DNA from: Minisyncoccota bacterium
GTDB taxonomy: Bacteria; Patescibacteriota; Minisyncoccia; Phycocordibacterales; CAIZLB01
NCBI GenBank assembly: GCA_021734945.1
Contig: JAIPIA010000002.1
Location: forward strand, 194,829 to 258,828
Direction of reading: 5' to 3'
Length of the DNA: 64,000 nucleotides
Shown here: one piece after another, positions 10,115-19,460 of the stretch
Layout of the letters: each line of letters begins with the position of its first letter
Position numbering within the stretch: position 1 is the first letter of the stretch
Notes under the pieces: generated by a model
What the model saw: the letters and a program-made list of their open reading frames with translations, nothing else
Told to the model about the DNA's origin: nothing
The model's database searches: none
Translations under genes and position numbers: made by a program

Positions 10115-10943
10115 AGGCACTTGTTCTCTTTTTATATTCCTCGAACTCTGGATTTCCTTCATATTTTTTCTCAAGCATAGGTATACCGGAAACTTTCAAA
10201 ATCAAAAAAGTTATAGTGATTGGACTTAAAAGCGCTATCAGCCATACATACGAAGATGCCTGAACAATAGTTAATGTAATAGGCAGTGCCATTATATATA
10301 TTCCCCACCACTGTGTTACTTCTCCAAAATAATTTGGGTGCCGTGTGAAAGACCATAAGCCCTTTGTCATTATCTTTCCTTTATTTTCTGGGTTTTTAAT
10401 AAATTTACTCAACTGATAATCTCCTACTGATTCAAACGTAAAACCTTTAAGCCATGCTAAGAAACCAAGTATCGTAATCCATGAAATGGAGTTAATACCA
10501 AAAATAGATACAGCAATCAAAGGTAAAGAGATAAGCAGCATCAGAAAACCTTGCAACATAAAAATCTGAATATAACTTCTCAATACAAACCATTTACCCC
10601 ATGTGTCTCTCCAATTTTTATATCTAAAATCCTCACCCTTACCTTTATTGCGAAGTGCTATATGAGTTGCCAGTCTAACTCCCCAGATAGTGACCACTAG
10701 AGCAACCAAAAAAACATGCATACGAAATGGACCGTACACACCTGGAAATTGCTCCGCTCGAAAACCATACATATAGAAATTGAACCATGCAATCACGACA
10801 AAGCCTATTCCCCAAACTATATCGACTATATCATTCCTCATTTTATATAAAGCATACGCAAAGAAAGAAGTCATAAAAATTCCAATAAGTATTGCTGTGC
10901 GGAGTATCGCCTCAGCGAAAAATCCTAAAAAAATATTTTGCAT
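10089..10943 (-). CDS. DUF1295 family (steroid 5-alpha-reductase-like) membrane protein
   Basis: GEDFRY, ESVGDYQL, GLWSFTRHPNYFGE, SGIPMLE. Confidence 0.88.
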   Translation of the reverse strand: MQNIFLGFFAEAILRTAILIGIFMTSFFAYALYKMRNDIVDIVWGIGFVVIAWFNFYMYGFRAEQFPGVYGPFRMHVFLVALVVTIWGVRLATHIALRNKGKGEDFRYKNWRDTWGKWFVLRSYIQIFMLQGFLMLLISLPLIAVSIFGINSISWITILGFLAWLKGFTFESVGDYQLSKFIKNPENKGKIMTKGLWSFTRHPNYFGEVTQWWGIYIMALPITLTIVQASSYVWLIALLSPITITFLILKVSGIPMLEKKYEGNPEFEEYKKRTSAFIPWFPRR

Positions 10944-11022
10944 ATACAGATATAGTACCACGCAATAGACCCTATGATCGGGTTTACGAATTTATCCCGG
11001 AAGAAGTAAGAATCGTTAAAAC

Positions 11023-11751
11023 CTAACCTGTGATTAACCCCGTAAGTAAAAAGACTACTACCACTCCCAATATAGTCATAAGTATAGTTTTGTAGGATGA
11101 ATCCTGACTATGAGCTTCTGGCAAAATATCAGAAGCACCTATATATAGAAGGAAACCAGCAAAAAACCCTAGATATAGAACGAGTGCAGTCGATGAAAAA
11201 GTAAAGAATAACGTAGAAATACCTCCAAGTACTGGAGCAATTGCATTTATAAACAAAAACTTAAATGTAGTTTTGAGTGAGTTTTTGTGTGCCAACATAA
11301 GCGATACAGTATTTAATCCATCAGTGAAGTTGTGCGCAAGTACTGCAAAAGCCATAGTTATACCTAACGTGTTTGAAACCTGAAAACCGAAACCAATACC
11401 TACTCCATCAAGAAATGAATGCGCCGATAAAGCTAAGGATGAGAATATTCCAACTGTCGGATGATGATGGTGACCGTATTGATCTTCGTGTGCGTGATGT
11501 ATAAGAAGTGATTTTTCAGCAATATGAAACAATAAGAAACCCACGACGAGAGCAATCATTGGTAACCGCAGATTTATACCAGTCTCGTCAGCTAGTTCTA
11601 CAAGTTCGGGCAATAAATCAAAAGCCACAACAGAAATGAGCACTCCAGCCGTAAAACCGAGAGTAAGATGCATCTTGTCTCTCCACTTGATACCTATAAG
11701 ACCACCTAAGCATGCTGAAAAGAAAGTTAATGAAATGAATATGAATACCAT
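11023..11751 (-). CDS. ZIP family divalent metal transporter
   Basis: FTAGVLI, His-rich loop, HSFLDG, HNFTDG, DILPEAH. Confidence 0.9.
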   Translation of the reverse strand: MVFIFISLTFFSACLGGLIGIKWRDKMHLTLGFTAGVLISVVAFDLLPELVELADETGINLRLPMIALVVGFLLFHIAEKSLLIHHAHEDQYGHHHHPTVGIFSSLALSAHSFLDGVGIGFGFQVSNTLGITMAFAVLAHNFTDGLNTVSLMLAHKNSLKTTFKFLFINAIAPVLGGISTLFFTFSSTALVLYLGFFAGFLLYIGASDILPEAHSQDSSYKTILMTILGVVVVFLLTGLITG

Positions 11752-11863
11752 ATAATGATATAGTAGTATGTAATAGCACCCTTATGCAAGGGAATACTTG
11801 TGAACCTCCAAAAGTAAGGACACACTTATGCAAAGCTGACCTACAGGCAACACCAAACACATT

Positions 11864-13051
11864 ATGCGAAAGTGGTACAAAAACATACATCAAAATATCA
11901 ATGACATTTCAAAACGTGTCATCAATGTTAAGAATAATATAAAAGGAAAGTTTTTTAATCAGGAATACACCACCGACGAGCATACTCTTTGGAGTTTTAC
12001 CACCTCCACTCAGGAAGCTTGGCACGTTATTCTCAAGACCTGCGAACAGGCTACTGAGTCACTTTATGTCGAACAATTTTTATTTACACCAGATCAAATA
12101 GGTCAACAGTTTATCGAGTTATTTATTAAAAAAGCTAAAGAAGGAGTCCATGTCAAACTAATTGTCGATTCTGCAGGAAGCTTTGCACTCGGACGATCCT
12201 TGTATCTAGATGCAATGGAAGAAGCTGGAGTAAAGGTAAAATTTTTCAACTGGATGCTCCCCTTCTCCAAGAACAGTAAGACACTTTGGTATTTTAGAAA
12301 CCATCGAAGACTTATCATTGCCGATCGTACGACTATGATTACAGGAGGCACATGTATCGGAAAAAGAATGGAAGACTGGCGCGACACACAAATAAAAATT
12401 GAAGGTCCAGTTGTACAACAAGCTGTAAAAGTCTTTGATCAAACATGGAAAAAAGTTTATAAAAAACATACCCAAAGCCTAGGAACACAGTACAAAAGTG
12501 GAATAGACGGCTTTTCATATATTACTCATGCTCCACTTTTAGGTGAAAGACATGTGTATCACAGACTTATAGATGCTATTCGTCAAGCAAAAAAATGTGT
12601 TTACCTCACTACTCCCTATTTTGCACCCGACCACAGGCTTCAGCGCGTACTCGTACTGGCTACTAGACGAGGTGTTGATGTAAAAATAATCATACCAGCT
12701 GTTGGCGACCATAAAATTGTAGAACTTGCATCAAACACGTACTTCGAATTTTTATTAAGTAAGGGTATACAAATTTTTAGGTACAAGCCCTCTATGATAC
12801 ATGCAAAAACTGCTGTCATAGATGATGATTGGGCAACAGTAGGAACAATGAATTTGGACAGTGTAAGTCTTCGCTATAACTTCGAGTCAGCTGTGGTTAT
12901 TACCAACCCACTTTGTGTAGACGAACTCAAAGATCACTTTGTGCAAGATTTAAAAGTTTCTGAAGAGATAGATTTGCAAGAATGGAAGGCCCGACCTCAG
13001 TTTCAGAAGTTCAAAGAGATGCTCGTATGGCCAATTAGAAAGTTTTTGTAG
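11864..13051 (+). CDS. Cardiolipin synthase-like phospholipase D family protein
   Basis: RNHRRLIIAD (variant HKD) and HAKTAVID..GTMNLD; TTPYF; WRDTQ. Confidence 0.85.
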   Translation: MRKWYKNIHQNINDISKRVINVKNNIKGKFFNQEYTTDEHTLWSFTTSTQEAWHVILKTCEQATESLYVEQFLFTPDQIGQQFIELFIKKAKEGVHVKLIVDSAGSFALGRSLYLDAMEEAGVKVKFFNWMLPFSKNSKTLWYFRNHRRLIIADRTTMITGGTCIGKRMEDWRDTQIKIEGPVVQQAVKVFDQTWKKVYKKHTQSLGTQYKSGIDGFSYITHAPLLGERHVYHRLIDAIRQAKKCVYLTTPYFAPDHRLQRVLVLATRRGVDVKIIIPAVGDHKIVELASNTYFEFLLSKGIQIFRYKPSMIHAKTAVIDDDWATVGTMNLDSVSLRYNFESAVVITNPLCVDELKDHFVQDLKVSEEIDLQEWKARPQFQKFKEMLVWPIRKFL

Positions 13052-13205
13052 GGTTTTGCATATAAATTAACAAATCATATGAAAACTTAGACAGATTAAG
13101 TAATTATTGACATATCTATAATAATATGTTAATATAATATTTATCTTCAGGTAAAATGCTTGAATTGAATCCAACAACAGCAACCTCAGCCCCCCCCCCG
13201 TAAAT

Positions 13206-13466
13206 ATGAAAACTGCCTCGTCCCTCCTCGTTGTCCTCATCACCTTGCTCATTCTTAACACATCCTCCGCTGAAGCCGGACCTGTCCCGACGCTGATGTC
13301 GCCGGAAGCGGCAGAAGTGGCAGACAGGCTCAGCAACAGCACCTACTACCATAATGACGCGTTGTACGCTGTCTGGGTTTGGATAGGTCTCCTCGTCCTG
13401 TCCGGCGGCTTTACGATCAGATGGATTCTGAAAAACTATAGCCGCAAATCAAAGGACGGTCAGTGA
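13206..13466 (+). CDS. Small exported/membrane hypothetical protein
   Basis: Signal peptide plus C-terminal TM; upstream TTGACA-17-TAATAT (13107-13135); own terminator. Confidence 0.6.
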   Translation: MKTASSLLVVLITLLILNTSSAEAGPVPTLMSPEAAEVADRLSNSTYYHNDALYAVWVWIGLLVLSGGFTIRWILKNYSRKSKDGQ

Positions 13467-13489
13467 TAAAACCACTTTGACCGCTCCCC

Positions 13490-13523
13490 AGAGGCTCGCC
13501 TGACCCGGCGAGCCTCTTTTTTT
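13490..13523 (+). terminator. Intrinsic terminator
   Basis: AGAGGCTCGCC-tgaccc-GGCGAGCCTCT followed by a T run. Confidence 0.85.
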
Positions 13524-13643
13524 ACACTCAAATATTTGCAGAATACGTGCATTTCCCTAGGGATATGCTATTATATCCCGTATTATATAGATAAATTAAA
13601 TTTAATGACTAAATGGGGCACTATTTAGTCAATAACCACTACA

Positions 13644-14156
13644 TTGGCGATACCATCAGTTAGAATAAACAATCAAATACGAGGAACAGAACTCCGAATT
13701 ATCGGACCTAAAGGTGAAAACTTAGGAGTAATGTCTGTTGCCGAAGCTCTGAAAATTGCAAAGGAAAATTCATTAGACCTAATAGAAATCTCACCAAAAG
13801 CCATTCCCCCTGTTGCAAAAATAGCAGATTATGGTAAATTTCAGTACGACGAAAACAAGAAGCAAAAGGTTGCAAAAGCCAATGCTAAAACTTACGAAGT
13901 CAAAAGTCTCCAAGTTAAGATAGGTACAGGAGAGCACGATCTCATTCTAAAGGCTAAAAAAGCATCAGAATGGCTCGGTGAGGGTCATCGAATCAAGATG
14001 GACCTCTTCCTCCCAGGGCGTACTAAGTACCTCGATGAGAATTTTCTCAAAGACCGTATGGAAAGACTTCTCCGTTTGGTAAGTGTCGATTTCAAAATCA
14101 CCGAACCTGCGAAGAAAAGTCCTAAGGGTATGACAGTAGTTATCGAGAAGAAGTAA
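13644..14156 (+). CDS. infC: Translation initiation factor IF-3
   Basis: RINNQIR..LDLIEISPKAIPPVAKIADYGKFQY; no ATG near the start, so a non-AUG start as typical for infC. Confidence 0.96.
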   Translation: MAIPSVRINNQIRGTELRIIGPKGENLGVMSVAEALKIAKENSLDLIEISPKAIPPVAKIADYGKFQYDENKKQKVAKANAKTYEVKSLQVKIGTGEHDLILKAKKASEWLGEGHRIKMDLFLPGRTKYLDENFLKDRMERLLRLVSVDFKITEPAKKSPKGMTVVIEKK

Positions 14157-14287
14157 TTATAAGGTGTGAGTGATGCGAAGTTTCTTCGTCAAAAATCCCC
14201 TTCCAATGAAACTTCAAGGAGCAATTTATTAGACAACAAGGCACTATAAGCTTTATGCAGTCGCATAAACGCCTCGCGTTAAAACTA

Positions 14288-14371
14288 GCCACACAGGTCG
14301 AGTCCAATAGGACGAAGCCTCGACACGAATCCGCAGATTCGGACGTTGCGTGGCATGATTTCGCTAAATCA
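14288..14371 (+). repeat. Structured leader element, copy 2
   Basis: Homologous to 8102-8192; ends 7 nt before the rpmI ATG. Confidence 0.8.
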
Positions 14372-14378
14372 AATTAAT

Positions 14379-14570
14379 ATGAAAACAAATAAATCTTTTT
14401 CGAAGCGAATTAAGGTTACTAAAAACGGTAAACTTATGGCTCGAAAAGCAGGACATAACCACTTCAACGCCAAAGAAAGTGGACGAACACAAATGGCAAA
14501 GCGTCGATCTTCACCAATCGTAATGACACAGCGAGACAAGCGACGATATTTCGCACAGTCTTCAATCTAG
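14379..14570 (+). CDS. rpmI: 50S ribosomal protein L35
   Basis: MKTNKSFSKRIKVTKNGK..GHNHFNAK; between infC and rplT. Confidence 0.95.
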   Translation: MKTNKSFSKRIKVTKNGKLMARKAGHNHFNAKESGRTQMAKRRSSPIVMTQRDKRRYFAQSSI

Positions 14571-14602
14571 TCATTCCCTTTAATTAAACTAATCAAAATA
14601 AT

Positions 14603-14950
14603 ATGGTACGAGTAAAAAAAGGTGTTAATGCACTAAAAACAAGACGAAATATTTTAAAAGCAGCTAAAGGTTTCCGAGGTCCACGAAGTACAAAGGAAAA
14701 ACTAGCTTACGAACAGCTCGCTCACTCATACGCAAGTGCGTTCGCTCACCGACGAGACAAGAAAGGTGACTTCCGACGGCTTTGGAATGTACGAATCAAC
14801 GCCGCACTTCGACCGCTTGGACAGACTTACAGTAAGTTCATCGGCGCTATGAAGAAGAAGGGTATGGAAGTTGATCGAAAGACTCTTTCAGACCTCGCTC
14901 AGAACTCTCCAGCTTCATTCGAACGACTTGTAAAGCAAGTTACTGCGTAA
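14603..14950 (+). CDS. rplT: 50S ribosomal protein L20
   Basis: MVRVKKG..AKGFRG..FRRLWNVRINAA..DRKTLSDLA. Confidence 0.97.
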   Translation: MVRVKKGVNALKTRRNILKAAKGFRGPRSTKEKLAYEQLAHSYASAFAHRRDKKGDFRRLWNVRINAALRPLGQTYSKFIGAMKKKGMEVDRKTLSDLAQNSPASFERLVKQVTA

Positions 14951-14985
14951 ACTATTGATAAAGGCATCACAACTGTGAAATGCAC

Positions 14986-15015
14986 AAAAACCACTCAGAA
15001 ATGGGTGGTTTTTTT
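14986..15015 (+). terminator. Intrinsic terminator after rplT
   Basis: AAAAACCACTCA-gaaa-TGGGTGGTTTTTTT. Confidence 0.85.
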
Positions 15016-15162
15016 GTTGCTTATATAAAATTTTAGAGATGTTTTTTAAGATAAGGCGTTTGACAAACTAGAACACTGAAGTAGTCTTTTATGCAGCACA
15101 TGGTATCACCTTTGTGAACCACCTATCTGTGTCTTTGACATCACCCAGAACCTCTACACACC

Positions 15163-15477
15163 ATGCCAGCGAAATTCAATACTCGTATCGCCTTTGAAGG
15201 AATAAATTTCAGTTTCAGCTCCTTCCCGTTCAACATCGCCCCTACGGGCAAGATTACCACCATCCCAGGAGCAATCCTTTCTTCAATTCAGCTCAGAGCT
15301 GAACCAGTTAATTGCAAAGAATGGAGACAGTATTTACTCGATGGAAAGATGGTTTGTTTCAAAGGAGTAAAAGCAGGAACTACTCAGGAAATTATCGAGG
15401 TGAATATGAGAGCCGAAAGATCTACTCCCCCAAACACTCATCTGATCATCTCATTCATCAAAATACCGACAACCTAA
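15163..15477 (+). CDS. Hypothetical protein (paralog of 15498-15800)
   Basis: 104 aa; shares motifs with the next ORF; TTGACA-16-TAGTCT upstream. Confidence 0.65.
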   Translation: MPAKFNTRIAFEGINFSFSSFPFNIAPTGKITTIPGAILSSIQLRAEPVNCKEWRQYLLDGKMVCFKGVKAGTTQEIIEVNMRAERSTPPNTHLIISFIKIPTT

Positions 15478-15497
15478 ATTCAGTCTCCAAGATTATT

Positions 15498-15800
15498 ATG
15501 CAACTCATGTCATTCTGTCTGTACCAGCAAGCATTTATAGTTACCTCAAAAATCCCATTCGAAATCTGGCAACCTCGTTGGGCCATCCTCCCAAACTGGA
15601 CCTTGAACATTATGATTTCTATTCAAGCTGAACCTGAAAAAACAAACTGGCGAGACCAGCTCAAAGTTGGCTACCCTGTTATTTTTCGCGGTATCAAAGC
15701 AGGAAGCAAGACTGGAGAAATCACCACTAAGACTGTCACAGCTACACGTTGCGAATGCAAGCATGGTCACGGTGAAATCTGGGAAATATCGTTTTCTTAA
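15498..15800 (+). CDS. Hypothetical protein (paralog of 15163-15477)
   Basis: 100 aa from ATG 15498; IQAEP..WR..L..G..V.F.GIKAG..EI. Confidence 0.65.
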   Translation: MQLMSFCLYQQAFIVTSKIPFEIWQPRWAILPNWTLNIMISIQAEPEKTNWRDQLKVGYPVIFRGIKAGSKTGEITTKTVTATRCECKHGHGEIWEISFS

Positions 15801-15826
15801 GTGAAGTCACTAAGCGAAGACGAAAC

Positions 15827-15854
15827 ACAGCGCGAGGAGTTCCTCGCGCTGTTT
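15827..15854. terminator. Terminator hairpin between convergent genes
   Basis: ACAGCGCGAGGA-gt-TCCTCGCGCTGT. Confidence 0.75.
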
Positions 15855-15881
15855 CCGATTTATATTTTACTGAGTCTTAAA

Positions 15882-16532
15882 TTAAAACACCGTCCCCTCC
15901 TTCACACTATCCACTCCATCATAGTTCTTGTATCCTCGCATAAGCTTTCGATCTTCTGAAACAAGTTGGAGGAGTTTGGTAACGAGCCTCTGAGGGTTGT
16001 TGTCAAAAATAATCTTTTTATTTGGCCGGTGACTTTTTTCAATCATCAACTTTATTATTTCGTCAGTTTCCCATTTTCCATCTCCCATCAAAATACCAAT
16101 TGGCTTTTGATCTTCGAATGAGATAGTAAACTCGTGGTATGTACCGATTCGTCCTGGGCCAATAATGATAGCATCACAGGAACGAGTAAAAAGTAAATCA
16201 CGTCCACTATATCCAAAACCTGTATATGTAATAAAATCCATATTCTCGAGGGGAAGCCTGTATACCTCTGTATGCTCTCGAACAGAAGATGCAGGTGAAA
16301 GCCCTACTGATACTCCACACATCTCTTTGCAACCAGCAGCTGCCCAATAAGGAAATCCTGTTGTAGCCCCAGACATCATAATAGCGCCCTGACGTGCAAT
16401 TTCTCGTCCCACTTCTTTTGCAATCTCATATGATTCCTCACCGAGAAAACCCATATCAGCTGCTCCAGACACGCCAATCTTTGGAATAAGGTAATTTCTT
16501 GTATTATTAGTATTTAGACAAACAGGGCCCAT
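15882..16532 (-). CDS. LOG/SLOG family Rossmann-fold nucleotide-binding protein
   Basis: IGVSGAA, SGATTG, TGFGYSGRD, GPGRIGTYHE. Confidence 0.82.
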   Translation of the reverse strand: MGPVCLNTNNTRNYLIPKIGVSGAADMGFLGEESYEIAKEVGREIARQGAIMMSGATTGFPYWAAAGCKEMCGVSVGLSPASSVREHTEVYRLPLENMDFITYTGFGYSGRDLLFTRSCDAIIIGPGRIGTYHEFTISFEDQKPIGILMGDGKWETDEIIKLMIEKSHRPNKKIIFDNNPQRLVTKLLQLVSEDRKLMRGYKNYDGVDSVKEGTVF

Positions 16533-16640
16533 ATTATTTTAATTTATTAGACTTACAATACGTTTATTATATCAGATAAAATTTTAATTCACTTAAAGTG
16601 TTTCCACTATTTCGTACAAGGAAGAACATCGTTCAATTTT

Positions 16641-17642
16641 TTATTTGATTTCAACTTTTCCTTTTGGAACCCTCCCTTCAAAGACATCAATAATATTTTG
16701 AGCAGCAAGAACCGCCATCTCATCACGAGCGCTTGTACGCGCTGAAGCAATGTGAGGTGTTAATACTACATTATCTAGCTTAGCTAAGCCTTTTGCCAAC
16801 TTTGGTTCAAATTCATATACATCGATACCTGCACCTGCTATAGTCCCCTTCTTGAGAGCATCCACGAGAGCAACCTCATCAACGACTGGACCACGTGCTG
16901 TATTTATGAGAATAGCAGTAGACTTCATCATCTTAAGAGTTTTCTCATTTATCATATGGTGAGTTGAAGGCAACAGTGGTACATGCAAACTTATGATATC
17001 CGCTTTTTTATAAATTTCTTCAGGTGTTTCGCAGAAAATCGCACCATATTCCTTTTCAAGAGTTTCATTTCGTTTTACATCATAGTAGAGAACTGGCATA
17101 TCAAAACCTTTTCCGAGATGTTTAGCTACTCGTTCACCAATATGTCCCGCACCAAGGATACCGACAGTTTTTCCACACAAGTCAGAGCCAATGAAAATCA
17201 TAGGGTCCCAGCCTTTATACTTCCCTGCTCGTACGTATCTGTCAGCTTCTACAAGTCGTGTAGTGAGAGCAAAAATCATTGCCACTGTGTGCTCTGCAAT
17301 ACAATCACTGAATGCTCCTGGTGTATTAGTAACTTCTACTCCACGCTTTTTTGCGTCGCCTAGGTTAATGTTGTTGTATCCAACAGCATAATTTGAAACT
17401 ATCTGAAGTTGTGACCCAACTGAATCAAGCAAGGCACCATCAACTTGGTCTGTGAGCAAAGTCAAAATCGCATCATACTGAGTTCCCTTTTTTACTCGTG
17501 CTTTAAAAAATTTTATGAGGTCCTTGTTAGTTGGAGGAACTTTATACTTTCCAAGCTCGACTTCATATCCTTTATCCTTAAGCATTTTAAAAGCAATTTC
17601 CGGAATGTTTCTTGTAACAAATATTTTTTTAGGTTTTGTCAT
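16641..17642 (-). CDS. D-2-hydroxyacid dehydrogenase (glyoxylate reductase/D-glycerate dehydrogenase)
   Basis: GAGHIG, LINTARGPVVDE, DVYEFEP, TPHIAS. Confidence 0.92.
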   Translation of the reverse strand: MTKPKKIFVTRNIPEIAFKMLKDKGYEVELGKYKVPPTNKDLIKFFKARVKKGTQYDAILTLLTDQVDGALLDSVGSQLQIVSNYAVGYNNINLGDAKKRGVEVTNTPGAFSDCIAEHTVAMIFALTTRLVEADRYVRAGKYKGWDPMIFIGSDLCGKTVGILGAGHIGERVAKHLGKGFDMPVLYYDVKRNETLEKEYGAIFCETPEEIYKKADIISLHVPLLPSTHHMINEKTLKMMKSTAILINTARGPVVDEVALVDALKKGTIAGAGIDVYEFEPKLAKGLAKLDNVVLTPHIASARTSARDEMAVLAAQNIIDVFEGRVPKGKVEIK

Positions 17643-17708
17643 TTGATTTGATTAATTATAATTTCTGAGAGTTTGTATACAATTTTGTGAATAAAACACA
17701 AAAATGTA

Positions 17709-18464
17709 CTAAGGTTTCCAAACTTCCTCGACTGATACGACCTCACTTATTGATTCACTTTTTGAACTACTGGCATTACCAGTTTTGACTGTCTTTATGT
17801 CTATATACATAAGAGGATTCCAACGATACGTATCGTCACCGTCATACGAAAGTATTCGATTGTATAGATTTGCCAATTCAGACAATGAGAGTGCTGTGGA
17901 AGTTGAAGAAGTTGCTAATGTAGATGTAGCACGAGTGACCGATGATGTTGCGAGAGAAAAAGAATATAATTTCCCATTTTTGGAATTTATAACCTTTGGC
18001 TTTAAATTTATCTTACTGCCGTCATTATAATAGACTGCTAATATCGCTTTTGCAGATAAAGGCATCGATATTGTACTTGTACTAATATTCCAGACAATAT
18101 CATTACCTGATGACTCACAGTCCTGTGAAGAGCCTACATCATAAGCACGAAAAACGCATTCAAGAGTCGAGACCTGATCTGCAGGATCAATATTTACCCA
18201 TAATCTTCCGTCTTTTTCGTAGATATTTTGAATCTTTCCAAACACACTTCCCTCAAGGGTACTAGCACCTACATTAATTTTTGGGATATTTCTATCTTTT
18301 TTAAGAATTACAGGAAGAGATGAAGTGAACTGAACATTTTGGGTATCAAGAGTAAGTTGGTACTGTTTACCTATGTAAAAAGTAAGTATAGGAAGAACTG
18401 CTATAAAAAATATTATAGAAAGAAGTTTCGAATACCACGTCACTACATTAAATTTAATACTCAT
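17709..18464 (-). CDS. Membrane-anchored hypothetical protein
   Basis: VTWYSKLLSIIFFIAVLPILTFYIG N-terminal TM; Ser/Thr-rich region. Confidence 0.65.
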   Translation of the reverse strand: MSIKFNVVTWYSKLLSIIFFIAVLPILTFYIGKQYQLTLDTQNVQFTSSLPVILKKDRNIPKINVGASTLEGSVFGKIQNIYEKDGRLWVNIDPADQVSTLECVFRAYDVGSSQDCESSGNDIVWNISTSTISMPLSAKAILAVYYNDGSKINLKPKVINSKNGKLYSFSLATSSVTRATSTLATSSTSTALSLSELANLYNRILSYDGDDTYRWNPLMYIDIKTVKTGNASSSKSESISEVVSVEEVWKP

Positions 18465-18544
18465 ATGTTTTATTAAGTACAGTATAACAAATATTTTCAA
18501 TACTGGGGTCTAATTGAGTCAACTACTTTTTAATCAATTGCTAA

Positions 18545-19363
18545 TTACACTCGATTCTTAAATACCATTATAAGACCATCCCAAGCAGGTACAAATGATG
18601 CCGTAAACCCGAAATTACATTCTTCAGCTGCTGTTCCTTTAAAGATCCAAGTATTAAAGTTTTTCATGTGTTCAGCACTATTATCATGTGAATTAGGATA
18701 CTGGACCAAACCTTTCCACAAAGTATTATCAATCAAAATCACACCTCCTGGCTTCAGTAACTTCATGGATTCTATAAAATAATGCTTATAGTTCTCTTTA
18801 TCTGCATCTATAAAAATAGCATCAAAAAAGTTTAAAGATGGTGTGTCAGAAGTAAGCTTTTCCAAAACTTTAGTAGCAATGCCAAATTCAAAATGAACTT
18901 TTCCTTCTATACCCATTGCTTGCCAAAATCTCCGTGCAGCAGGAATAGGTCTAGAATCTTCATCACATGAGAAGACTAGACCTCCCTCTTGGAGGCCTCT
19001 TGCAATAAATGCCGTACTGAAACCTCTAAAAGTACCTATCTCCAAAACATGCTTCGCGTTTATTGACCTCATAAAGACCTCAAGAAAACGAGCTTGTGAA
19101 AGTGGAACGCTGAGATATGAACGTTCACCTTTTTCAGTTGAACGAATAATGTAATTTGTTTCAGCAGATTCTGAAAATCTAATCAAAGAATCAACATATT
19201 CCTTGAGATTTTTATCAACATTAATATAACCCCCTCGAGAACGGGCAAGAGTATATTTTAAATCTCTTCGTATTGAAAGAGGGTGAATATTTTTGAATAA
19301 TCTAGCTAGCCTAATCTTTATAAATAGAAATATTTTTTTAATCTTTTTCTGAAGTTTCTGCAT
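18545..19363 (-). CDS. O-methyltransferase (caffeoyl-CoA OMT-like)
   Basis: VLEIGTFRGFST, FDAIFIDADKENY, GGVILIDNTLWKG. Confidence 0.9.
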   Translation of the reverse strand: MQKLQKKIKKIFLFIKIRLARLFKNIHPLSIRRDLKYTLARSRGGYINVDKNLKEYVDSLIRFSESAETNYIIRSTEKGERSYLSVPLSQARFLEVFMRSINAKHVLEIGTFRGFSTAFIARGLQEGGLVFSCDEDSRPIPAARRFWQAMGIEGKVHFEFGIATKVLEKLTSDTPSLNFFDAIFIDADKENYKHYFIESMKLLKPGGVILIDNTLWKGLVQYPNSHDNSAEHMKNFNTWIFKGTAAEECNFGFTASFVPAWDGLIMVFKNRV

Positions 19364-19460
19364 GTTGTATATTTGGTTACTGATGTCTGTATTACTTAAT
19401 TTACTGTGCCTGCGCGTATCTTTTATCTGCAAGATTTCCTCTGAATATTATTTACTAAGA

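Noticed and set aside
13206-13466. Alternative genetic code (TGA as Gly)
   Set aside because: TGA sits directly before terminators here and at 30251, and conserved genes translate fully under code 11.
13607-13646. Non-AUG start and GGCA-loop hairpin before infC as a novelty
   Set aside because: Non-AUG initiation of infC is established autoregulation; the hairpin alone is too little to call an L20 leader.
14295-14324. Hammerhead ribozyme (GAGTCC..GGACGAA resembles stem II)
   Set aside because: Lacks the CUGANGA core and has GAAG instead of GAAA; kept only as an unknown structured repeat.
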